From Dendrobates tinctorius (taxonomy: Eukaryota): a stretch of DNA of 64,000 bases. Within the stretch, counting starts at the first letter, position 1. Each line of letters opens with the position of its first letter. The stretch is from positions 30,566,001 to 30,630,000 of the forward strand of contig NW_027361752.1 in NCBI RefSeq assembly GCF_039654945.1, written 5' to 3'. Both the position numbers and the translations under genes were made by a program. Positions 36,983 to 48,500 of the stretch are shown in pieces. Under the pieces are notes generated by a model. It was not told where the DNA came from. It searched no databases and was given only the letters and a program-made list of their open reading frames with translations.

Positions 36983-38790
36983 TTTCCTGGGACAGCATAG
37001 CTCCCAAACTGACATCGGAGGTGTCCGTCTGGACCACGAGCTCCTTAGAGAAGTCAGTTGCAACCAAGACTGGCTGTTTACATAGAGTGAGCTTCAACTC
37101 CTGGAACACCATCTCTGCTTCAGAGGGCTATTTGGGCTTCAATGCTTCATGCACTTAAGAAGATATATCAGGGCGGAGGCTATCATGGATAAATTAGGGA
37201 TAAATCACCAACAGTATAGCACAATTCCCAGAAACTCCTTAACCTGCTTCTTGGATACCGGCTGCGGCCAATTCTAGATTGCCTCCACCTTCTTAACTTG
37301 TGGCATTATTTCATCCTTTCTGACAATGTAGCCCAAGTATTTTGCCTTTTGTTTCCCCATAGAACACTTCTTTAGGTCTATGCTTCCTTAGCGTATCCAG
37401 TGCCGCCTGGACCTTCTGCAGTTGAATTCCCCAATTCAGGCTAAAGATCACTATGTCGTCCAGGTAAGCTGCGGCGTATTTTTTGTGAGAGGCCCTCTGG
37501 AATGTAGCTGAGGCTCCCTGCAGTCCAAAGGACATCCTGGTATACTGAAAGCACCCATCAGGTATAGAGAAAGCCATCTTCTCCTTGGGGGATTTGCCAT
37601 TACCCTTTCGCTAGGTCCAGGGTGCTGATGTATCTGGCTATCTCTAGACTCTCAATGAGTTCATCAACATAGAACATCAGATGTGAATAGAATTTTGATA
37701 CCCTATTTAGCTTCCTGTAATTGTTTCATAAGTGCCATTCTCCATCAGGACAATGGAGCTTGAACAGACACTCTTTGAATCCTCTATAATGCCCAGATTC
37801 ATCATTCTCCTCACCTCATTCGAAATCACCTCCCAACATGCTTTGGGGATTCGATAGTGCTTTTGATTCGCCTGCACATGAGGTTCCATCAAGATCTCAT
37901 GCTCAACAACCTGCATACGTCCTGGCAACTTGGAAAACAGGTCTCGGTTTCGCTAAAGCTGTTCTCAGCACTGTTGTTTCTGGGCCAGTGTCAGTGTCTC
38001 TGACACTATTACATCCTCAACCTTGGCTTCAGGACTGGCCCCTAGGCACATTGCTTCCACCAATTCCCTGTCTCTCTATGGAGAATAGGCAATCCCAGTT
38101 TTGGCCATCCTTCTCCATGACCTTCTTAAGCATTTATTTCAAGGTCTTTTTGAATATTTCCACCACGCCATCCATCTGTAGATTGTACACCGACAGCCGG
38201 AGTTGTGTAATCTGGAGAGCCTTACACAACTCCCTCATCACTTTGGATATAAAAGGAAGTTCCTTGGTCCATCCGGATCTCTTATGGCAGGCCCGTCCTG
38301 GAGAAAATATAGACTAGCTCTTTGGCTATACTGCTGGCATAGGAGTTTCTTGATGATACCGACTCCGGATACCGTGTTGCATTGTCCATCACCACCGACT
38401 TAACAAAAGGCACAACAAGGTCCATGGCAATCCGGACAAATGATACCTCTATAACAGACAATAACAATACAGGACTGCAGAAGTGGGATATGGAAGCAGT
38501 TAGCTGACAGGCAGGGCATGACCCACAGTAGTTAACAATATCTCTGTAACACCCAGGCCAGTAAAATCTCTGAATGACCCGCTCTTGAGTTTTATCTACT
38601 CCCAGATGCTCAGCAAAGACATGAGAATGGTCTGGTTCTAGTATCATACGCCTATAGGCACTCGGTACTAGCAACTGCTCTATTACTTCCTCTCTCAGTT
38701 TAGTGACCCAATCTAGCAGCTCCTTATTTAAAACAAAATGTGGAAACCTAGTGTCTGCCCCTCGGCTCTTGAGCAACCCCATTTATCACA
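36983..38790 (-). pseudogene. Gmr1-like integrase followed by RT and RNase H start, degraded
   Basis: HSHVFAEHLGVDKT..FYWPG..CGSCPAC and IAMDLV (38282-38782) lie upstream of MSFGLQGASATFQR..AYLDDIVIFS (37311-37577) and QTDTSDVSLGAMLSQ. Confidence 0.88.
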
Positions 38791-38961
38791 GTCAGAAAAA
38801 AGAAAGAAAAAAATTCCAGCTACTATAAGATCCATTTATTGAGTGAAAAGTAAGACAGAGTTCACATGATTGTCTCTATTACGCGTTTCGAACACCCAGC
38901 TTTTTTGATAAAGAACACAGTGTGGGTGTTCGAAACGCGTAATAGAGACAATCATGTGAAC

Positions 38962-41900
38962 TGTTATGATTGAGTCACCGTAGGAGGCAAAAATAGAAAT
39001 GCTAGCTAAGTCCAGAAAACCAGAGAAGTTGGCAGCTATCGGATTGCAGACCCCTGAACCTATCAACACAACTAGCAGTAGCCGTGGGGGGCTCCTACGA
39101 TGCCCTAGGCCCCTCGATCACAGCCAGAGGACTACATAGCCTAAAGACAGAAAGGGAAATCTAAACTACCCCAGAGCAGACCCCAAAGTAAAAGGCAGCC
39201 CCCCACATATAATGACGGTGAAGCAAGAAGAAAGAACAAAACACAGACAGAAAGATAGACTGAGCAAAGATGGGGCCCACGCTAGCTTAGATAGGAAAGG
39301 ACAGGAAGGCTGCTGTCTGCAATCCGTGAAAACCCCTATGAAAATAAGAGCCAACAAACTGACAGTAAAAAAGGCCCTGAAGACGCTAGGCTTCAAAAAA
39401 GCTATGTCAGTACTCAGGAATATTCTGAAGACAGAGCAACAGGCAAAAGGAGATTCAGCTCTCCCCAGCAGGGAATGGCAGAATCCAGAAAAGCAAGGAA
39501 AACAAAACACTAATGCAAAAAGGCAAAGCAGAAATCTTAGCTTTAGATGAGCAGGAATCAGACTGGTTTCCTAGAAGTCCACAGAGAAATCACCCGCAGG
39601 CCAGAAGGGCGTCGGCAGCCTTATATCCAGTCATTAACTCCACTCAGCCAGTCATCATCATCAGCCCCAGGTGTTTGACAATCAGGCTCACTACCTTTCT
39701 TCACCAGAAGAGGGAGTTCCTCGGGCCTCAGTAGTGAAGGGGAAAATGAACTCACAACAGTACCTCCCCCTTGAGGAGGGGTCACCGAACCCTCAACCAC
39801 GCCACCAGGGCGATCAGGGTGAGCCCGATGAAAGACACGCACCAATCTTTTGGCATGAATATCAGAGGCAGAGACCCAGGAATTATCCTCCTGACCATAA
39901 CCCTTCCACTTAACCAAATACTGGAGTCTCCATCTAACCAGATGGGAATCCAGTACTTTCTCTACCTCATATTCCATGTTACCTTCAACCAATACAGGGT
40001 CTGGAGGTGCAACCCCCTGAACAACAGGTTCAACAAACCTATTCAACAAAGATTTATGGAACACATTATGGATTTTAAATGTGACAGGAAGAGCCAAACG
40101 AAAAGAGACCGGATTAATAATCTCCAAAATCTTGTAAGGTCCAATAAATCTAGGCTTAAACTTAGGAGAAGCCACCTTCATAGCAATATTTTTTGATGAT
40201 AACCACACCATATCACCAACCTTAAATTGGGGATCAATGGTCCTATGTCGGTTGGAACACCGCTGGGCCTTTTCCTGGGAGAGAGATAACTTATCCACCA
40301 CTTGGTCCCAGATCTGGTGCATTCTCTCCACCACAGTGTCAACCCCTGGGCAGGCGGAGGGCTCCACCTGCCCTGAAGAAAATCGAGGATGAAACCCAAA
40401 GTTAGAAAAAAAGGAGACATCAAAGTGGCAGAATTAGCTCTATTATTTAAAGCAATTTCGGCCAAGGGCAAAAATGAAACCCAATCATCCTGATCAGCAG
40501 AAATAAAACATCTCAAATATGACTCCAAGGTCTGGTTTGTTCTCTCTGTCTGCCCATTGGTCTGAGGGTGAAAAGCAGAGGAGAAGGACAACTGAATTCC
40601 CAGCTTGGAACAGAAAGTTCTCCAAAATCTAGACACAAACTGGACTCCTCTGTCAGATACAATGTTCTCAGGAATCCCGTGCAAGCGAACCACCTGTTGT
40701 AAAAACAGGGGCACCAATTCAGAGGAAGACGGCAACTTAGGGAGTGGTACAAGATGAACCATCTTAGAGAACCTATCACAAATCACCCAAATAACAGTCA
40801 TCCTTTGAGAGACAGGCATATCAGAGATGAAATCCATTGAAATATGGGTCCATGGCCTCTTGGGGACAGGCAAAGGCATCAACAACCCACTAGAGCGACA
40901 ACACGATTTAGACCGGGAGCACGTCCCACAGGAATGCACAAAATTCCTGACATCACGAGACAAGGCGGGCCACCAAAAAGACCGACTCACCAGATCTCTA
41001 GTACCAAAAATACCTGGATGACCAGCCAAAGCAGAGCAATGAACTTCAGACATCACTCTCTTCTTCCACTGGTCAGGAACATACAACTTTCCACTGGGAC
41101 AACGCTCAGGTTTGTCCTCCTGGAACTCTTCCAGAGCACGTCTCAAATCGGGCGAGATGGCAGAAAGAACTACCCCTTCGCCTAAGATGGTAGCAGGCTT
41201 GGTCACCACAGGAGAATCAGCAAAGAAGCTCCTAGAGAGGGCGTCAGCCTTGACATTCTTAGTTCCAGGAAGAAAAGAAACCACAAAATCAAAACGTATA
41301 AAAAACAAGGCCCACCTAGCCTGTCTAGGGTTCAAGCGCTTAGCCGACTCTAGGTAAATCAAATTCTTGTGGTCAGTGAGGACCACGACTTGATGCTTAT
41401 CTCCCTCCAACCAATGTCTCCACTCCTCAAATGCTCATTTCATGGCTAACAGTTCCCGATTCCCCACAACATAGTTACGTTGAGATGGAGAGAACTTTCG
41501 GGAAAAGAAAGCACAGGGATTCATTTTAGATGTTACAGGATCCTTTTGGGACAAAACAGCTCCTGCACCAATCTCAGAAGCATCCACCTCTACCTGGAAC
41601 GGAAGTGAGACATCAGGTTGCCGCAAAACCGGGGCGGAGGTGAATCTTCGCTTCAGCTCCTGAAAGGAAGAAACAGCCTCCGGAGACCAATTTAACACAT
41701 CAGCACCCTTCTTAGTCAAATCTGTCAATGGCTTGGCAATACTAGAAAATTTTGCTATAAATTTCCTATAAAAATTAGCAAAACCCAAAAACTTCTGGAG
41801 GGCCTTCAAAGAAGTGGGCTGAACCCAATCGTAAATGGCCTGTACCTTGGCCGGGTCCATTTCAATAGTTGACAGGTACAAAATAAATCCCAAAAAAGAA

Positions 41901-44745
41901 ATCCTCTGTAATCCAAAAAGGCATTTAGATCCTTTGACATACAGGGAATTCTCCCTCAAGATCCGGAACACAGTCCGAATATGTTCCACATGAGAATCCC
42001 AATCCTTGGAGAAGATCAAAATATCATCCAGATAGATAATCCAAAATTTATCAACAAAATCTCGGAAAATATCGTTCATGAAGCACTGGAAGACAGAAGG
42101 GGCATTAGTGAGCCCAAAAGGCATCACCAGGTACTCAAAATGTCCCTCCGGAGTATTAAACGCCGTCTTCCATTCATCCCCATGCTTAATGCGAATAAGA
42201 TTATATGCCCCCTGAGGTCAAGCTTGGTAAACCAGCAAGCACCTTTAACTCTGGAGAATAGATCCGAAATCAGGGGTAACGGATACTGATATTTAACAGT
42301 AATTTTGTTGAGAGCACGATAATCAATACAAGGTCTTAATGATCCATCCTTTTTGGCTACAAAAAAAAAAACGGCACCTAAGGGTGACGAGGATGGTCTA
42401 ATATGACCCTTCTCCAACGCCTCCTTAATATAGGATCGCATAGCCTCGTGCTCGGGTACAGATAAATTGAAGAGCCGACCCTTGGGAAATTTACACCCCG
42501 GGCTCAGTTCAATAGCACAGTCATAACTCCTATGAGGAGGCAGAGACGCAGACTCATTCTCACTAAATACATCATAAAAGTCCGCCAAATAATCAGGAAC
42601 ATCATGCGACTGAGGAGAGGTGGAAAACACCGGAGCCTCACTAAAGGCACACCGACAACCCCAACTCACCACAGACACAGATTTCCAATCCAAAACTGGA
42701 TTATGAATTTGTAACCAGGGAAACCCCAGAAAAATAGTATCATGCAGATTATGTAACACCAAAAACCTGCAATTTTCTTGATGGTCTGGGGCGACCCACA
42801 TTACCACCTGGGTCCAAAACTGAGGTTTATTTTTAGCCAAAGGAGTAGCATCAATCCCCCTCAAAGGGATAGGCGTCTGCGGAGGGGTCATTGGAAATCC
42901 ACAATGTTTAGCAAAATCCAAGTCCATTAGGTTTAGAGCTGCTCCCGAATCCACAAAAGCCTTGGCGGAAAATGTGGACAGGGAGCAGATCAGAGTAATA
43001 GCCAGAAGAAACTTAGGTTGAACACCACCAACAGAAAACGTGTGTGCAAAGCGTTTCTCGCATTTAGGACAGACAGAAATAATATGCGAGGCATCTCCAC
43101 AGAAAATACACAACTTATTACGCCTTCTGAACTCCTGACGCTGTTCTCTGGAGAAAACTCTATCACATTGCATAGGTTCAGACATCTGTTCAACAGGTGG
43201 CAACACCTCTCGTGCAGCTCTGCGTTTGCGTAAACGCCGATCAACCTGAATGGCTAAAGACATAGAATCGTCAAGACCAGAGGGAACAGGAAATCCCACC
43301 ATAGTATCTTTTACGGCTTCTGACAACCCCTTCCGAAAGAGAGCAGCCAAGGCATTATCATTCCAGGTAGTAAGTACTGCCCACTTTCGGAATTTTTGAC
43401 AGTACAATTCTGCAGAATCACGACCCTGGTTCAATGCCAGCAGGGTCTTTTCAGCCTGATCAATGGCATTAGGTTCGTCATACAACAACCCCAAGGCCTG
43501 AAAAAATGCGTTCACATTAGTCAGAATAGGATCATCTGGTTTCAAATAAAACGCCCAATCCTGGGGATCGTCACGCAGCAAAGAGATGACAATTTTAACC
43601 TGCTGCGTGGAGCTCCCTGACGAGTTAGGCTTCAAGGCAAAAAATAATTTACAATTATTTTTGAAATTCAAAAATTTCGACCGATCCCCAAAAAATACAT
43701 CAGGTGTAGGAATCTTTGGTTCAGCAGCATGTGAATGAGCAAGGTAGGCGGAAATTCCCCGCACTTCCGCAGCGAGCTGCTTCACACGATCAGACAATTG
43801 CTTTATCTCCATTGAGAGAAAAAAAAAATTCCCCCTACGGCCTCAGAGATATAGAGGAAAAAATATACACACCTTTTTTTTTTTTTTTTTTTTACAATTC
43901 TTTCCTGCTATTGAGTACCCTAGAATCTGCGGTATGGCGGGTGATTCTGTTATGATTGAGTCACCGTAGGAGGCAAAAATAGAAATGCTAGCTAAGTCCA
44001 GAAAACCAGAGAAGTTGGCAGCTATCGGATTGCAGACCCCTGAACCTATCAACACAACTAGCAGTAGCCGTGGGGGGCTCCTACGATGCCCTAGGCCCCT
44101 CGATCACAGCCGGAGGACTACATAGCCTAAAGACAGAAAGGGAAATCTAAACTACCCCAGAGCAGACCCCAAAGTAAAAGGCAGCCCCCCACATATAATG
44201 ACGGTGAAGCAAGAAGAAAGAACAAAACACAGACAGAAAGATAGACTGAGCAAAGATGGGGCCCACGCTAGCTTAGATAGGAAAGGACAGGAAGGCTGCT
44301 GTCTGCAATCCGTGAAAACCCCTATGAAAATAAGAGCCAACAAACTGACAGTAAAAATGGCCCTGAAGACGCTAGGCTTCAAAAAAGCTATGTCAGTACT
44401 CAGGAATATTCTGAAGACAGAGCAACAGGCAAAAGGAGATTCAGCTCTCCCCAGCAGGGAATGGCAGAATCCAGAAAAGCAAGGAAAACAAAACACTAAT
44501 GCAAAAAGGCAAAGCAGAAATCTTAGCTTTAGATGAGCAGGAATCAGACTGGTTTCCTAGAAGTCCACAGAGAAATCACCCGCAGGCCAGAAGGGCGTCG
44601 GCAGCCTTATATCCAGTCATTAACTCCACTCAGCCAGTCATCATCATCAGCCCCAGGTGTTTGACAATCAGGCTCACTACCTTTCTTCACCAGAAGAGGG
44701 AGTTCCTCGGGCCTCAGTAGTGAAGGGGAAAATGAACTCACAACA
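38962..44745 (-). mobile_element. Full-length chromoviral Gypsy (Tf1/sushi type), recent
   Basis: 798-bp LTRs (38962-39759, 43948-44745) TGT..ACA with 2 differences seen; TSD gtgaac; PPT aagggggaggtac; gag-PR-RT-RH-IN-chromodomain. Confidence 0.96.
39760..43812 (-). pseudogene. Gypsy gag-pol polyprotein with chromodomain, few lesions
   Basis: [14 protein letters not shown]; FVDSGA; LRPCIDYR; YLDDIL; EVDAS; HISMDF; SDRGVQF; GPY; YEVEKVLDS..YLVKWKGY..NSW. Frameshifts near 42210 and 40410, stop at 41435. Confidence 0.93.
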
Positions 44746-45207
44746 GTGAACTCTGTCTTACTTTTCACTCAATAAATGGATCTTATAGTAGCTGGAATTT
44801 TTTTCTTTCTTTTTTCTGGAGTAACTGCACGCTGGACGACGTGATTCCTTGCTCCCACACACCACAGGCTGTTTTCAAGTGAGCTGGTAAGACCCTTTTT
44901 TCTCTATTTATCACAGTCACATTGTCAAATTCCCCTTTTAAAGTAAGGTCATGCATTTGAGCAGTCAAAAAAATTCCCCCAAAAAACACTAATTCAGGAA
45001 TCTCAACCTAATTGGTAACCGTTTAGTCCTCATCACTAGCAAGGACACTCAGGGGGAACTCATCTGACTTTAACTGCAATGGGTATTCATCATGGTTGAA
45101 TCAGCTCCTTTCTTAGTCACTTGGTACTCCCACTTTCTGCCATAAGTTTCAAAAGAAGCTAAAGTCCCACCCTATTATATACTGGTGTAGCAGGTCTTTA
45201 CCCACAT

Positions 45208-45539
45208 TTATTTTATGGCACGTGTCTGTAGCACCTCACTGAGCTGCCAGTCCACACTGCAGGTATAGGCATAGTACAAACAGCGCCTCCCTATGCTGCA
45301 GTCCATCTGTTCAGAGGACATAAGCCACTGGGTGGCTTTGTGTCCAGGACCATGACATCTCCAGCAGAACAAACCTTTACTTGTGGCTTTTAACAACCCC
45401 TCAGCGACTCCTTGGGACCTCAGACTCCCTCCACTGGTTGCTCTTCTGCCCCTTTTGATATTTGGCTCTTTCTATGTACCCCATTATAGGGATGCACCAC
45501 CACTTGGCTTCCATAGGGACCTTTCAACCACCTGGTACC
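45208..45539 (-). pseudogene. Gmr1-like gag C-terminus with zinc knuckle
   Basis: CWRCHGPGHKATQW; continues the gag interrupted at the GTACC TSD. Confidence 0.7.
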
Positions 45540-48500
45540 TGTTAGGCGTCAGATTCCTGGCACTGCACAGCGGGAATCCAGAGCCAGACATCCTGTGGTC
45601 TCCCATTCGCCTCTGACCACTCAAGCTCCTGCTCAGCAATCACGGCGAGCCAGGCAATCTCCTCAGACTCGTTCTGCGAGCCTGGATGTTGCTGCCACCT
45701 CCAGTGCAGCAATGGTAGCGCAACCTGCTTTGCAGGGAGCCGCTCCAGAAGCTAAGTCCTCGTGCCGTGCTACTGGGCATGTCCGCAATGTGCCCTCTCA
45801 GTGGAGAGCAGGGGTCACATGTGCAGGTCCTGTGTCGGATCTGATTGGTCCTTCCCACAGTATTGGAAGGTCCCGGAAGCTCATGGCTATAAAAACCCCG
45901 CATGGCGGCTCGGCCATGCGCTAGTGTAGCATATTATTCTGTGTGTGTATGGTGATGGATGCATGGACTGGTGTTTGACTCATTATGAAACCCCTACCCT
46001 CTGATATTACGAGTGGTGACTGAGTGTGTATAGTCAGCTCCAGGGTTGTGGCAAGCTACACGCCACTTGCTCCACGCCTACACTAGCGTCCATCGGTGCC
46101 CGGTCCTCGGCGCCGACGCTTGCGGCTTTCTCTGCCGCTGCGCTGTAGTAACAGCAGCTATTGGTGTTCGCGGCTGCGACGCCACATGCAGGCCCCTGTG
46201 ACGCTAACAGGGCCCGCGCCTTTGCTTTAGTGTTCGCCAAGCGACTCTGTGTTTGTACGGAGCCGCTCTTAGCGTTCGGGTGACGTTAACCCGAGCGCAG
46301 TACCGCACCTACTAGGTGCATCTGCCATTGTTCAGCAGCGGTCTTGTCATCTACCGCACGGTGGACCCCAGGCGGCGAACGCACCTACTATTATTTAGAT
46401 TTGGTGCGTTCCGCCGACCCTAACATTACACTAGCGCCAGGGTCTGGCTGGCAATGGCAGACGTGCAGCAGCTGCAGCGCTACATTCGGCAACTGGAGAG
46501 CAGGTTGGCGGCTATTGAGAGCACCAACTCAGCTGCAAATGCTGCGCTAGCTGCTGCTCAGACAGTCGCCGAGGCTGTCTCACGTGCGCCCACACTTTTG
46601 CCCTCGCCGACAATTTCTCGCCTCCCGCTCCCCGAAAAGTTTTCGGGTGACAGCACCACCTGTAGGGGATTTGTTAGCCAGTGCTCCATTCAGGTGGAGT
46701 TGCTGGCTGCACGGTTTCCTACAGAGCGGGCTAAGGTGGGGTTTATTGTCTCCTTGTTGTCTGGCCGGGCATTACAGTGGGTCACGCCATTGTGGGAACG
46801 TGATGATCCCGTGGTTCAGAGACCTGCTCAGTTCCTCGCGGCTCTGAAGCAAGTCTTCTTGGGACCACGGGTCACACACGATACGGCTCTCCAACTGTTA
46901 TCCCTAACACAAGGCTCACTCTCGGTTAGCCATTATGTTGTCCGGTTTCGGACACTGGCTTCCGAATTAGAGTGGCCGGACAAAGTCTTAGTCCCGGTGT
47001 TTTGGAGAGGCCTGGCTGAGCACGTCAAGGATGCTCTAGCCACTAGGGAGATTCCCACAAATCTGGAGGAATTGATCGCCGTTTCCACCCGCATCGATCT
47101 CCGCTACGCGGAGCGCGGGTTGGAACGAGCGCAATCCAGACGTAGGGTTAATTTGGCCCCCACCTTTACCGTGCCGCTGGAAGACCCCGCACAAGAGCTC
47201 TCTTCCTCTGAGTCTATGGAGGTGTCTCGCACCGGCACTAAGCCGCGTCCGATGCGATGCTCTGTGCGCTGTTATCAGTGCCGATAGTTTGGCCATTTGG
47301 CTGGCACATGTCCTCAGCGACCGAAAAGACGACCACGTCCAGTGGTCGTAGGTGGTGGTCAATCCAAAATGGGACCCTTTTCACCCAAACCGGTGTTCCG
47401 GGGTACTTTAGATACCTGGGAGGCAGAGGTCACCCTGGATTCCGGGGCCGAGGGGAACTTTATGTCCTCGACTTTTGCCCAGAGTCACGCTATCCCTCTG
47501 GTGTTACTTTCTCAACCTCTGTCCATTAGGGTCGTAAATGGGGCACCGTTATCGTCTCAGGTGATCCATCAGACAGTCCCACTCGGACTCTCTATTTCAC
47601 CCTCGCATCAGGAGACTCTGTCCCTGCTTATCATGCCCAATGGCATCGATCAGGTGCTCCTCGGAGTTCCCTGTCTTCGTTGCCACTCCCCTCACGTTGA
47701 CTGGGTTTCGGGGAGGATACTGGGCTGGGGCAAGGACTGTTAGGGAAGGTGTCTGAGGGGCAGTGTTCAGGTGGCTTCCACTGAAGTGCCTGCGGATCTC
47801 TCCGCGCTCCCCAGGCCCTACCACCAGTACGCGGACATCTTCTCTAAGAAGTTTGCGGAGACGCTCCCGCCGCACCGTTCCTATGATTGCCCGATCGATC
47901 TCCTGCCAGGTACAGAGCCTCCCCGAGGCTGTGTTTATCCGTTATCACTCCCTGAGACGTAGGCTATGTCTCAATATATCCGGGAGAACCTGGCTAGGGG
48001 TTTTATCAGGAAATCTGTGTCACCGGCTGGTGCAGGGTTCTTCTTCGTACAGAAGAAGAATGGAGAGTTCCGTCCCTGCATTGACTACAGAGGTCTCAAT
48101 GCTATCACGGTTAAAAACAAATACCCCCTACCATTGATCGCGGAGTTATTTGACAGGTTGCGGGGGGCCCGGATCTTTACTAAATTAGATCTGCGGGGGG
48201 CATACAACCTGATCCGCATTCGCGAAGGAAACGAATGGAAGACAGCTTTTAATACCAGGGATGGCCATTACAAATACCTGGTTATGCCCTTTGGCCTTTG
48301 TAATGCGCCAGCTGTCTTCCAAGATTTTGTCAACGACGTCTTCCGCGACATGCTCTCTACCTTGGTGGTGGTCTATCTGGATGACATACTCATCTTTTTG
48401 CCAGATATTACCACCCACCGGAGAGACGTCTGCAGGGTCTTCGACCGTCTGCGGGCGAACTCGCTATTCGCCAAGCTGGAGAAGTGCCAGTTTGAGCAGG

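Larger units (their letters stand above)
38795..44905 (+). mobile_element. Penelope-like fold-back insertion (~320 bp net) split by a Gypsy element
   Basis: 14-bp TSD atttatcacagtca (38781-38794 / 44906-44919); ~106-bp inverted arms (38793-38898 vs 38923-38961 plus 44752-44818); hammerhead-like motif at 38905-38941. Confidence 0.75.

Noticed and set aside
39166-44720. Duplicated 73-114 aa ORFs
   Set aside because: They lie in the paired LTRs and show no domain signal.
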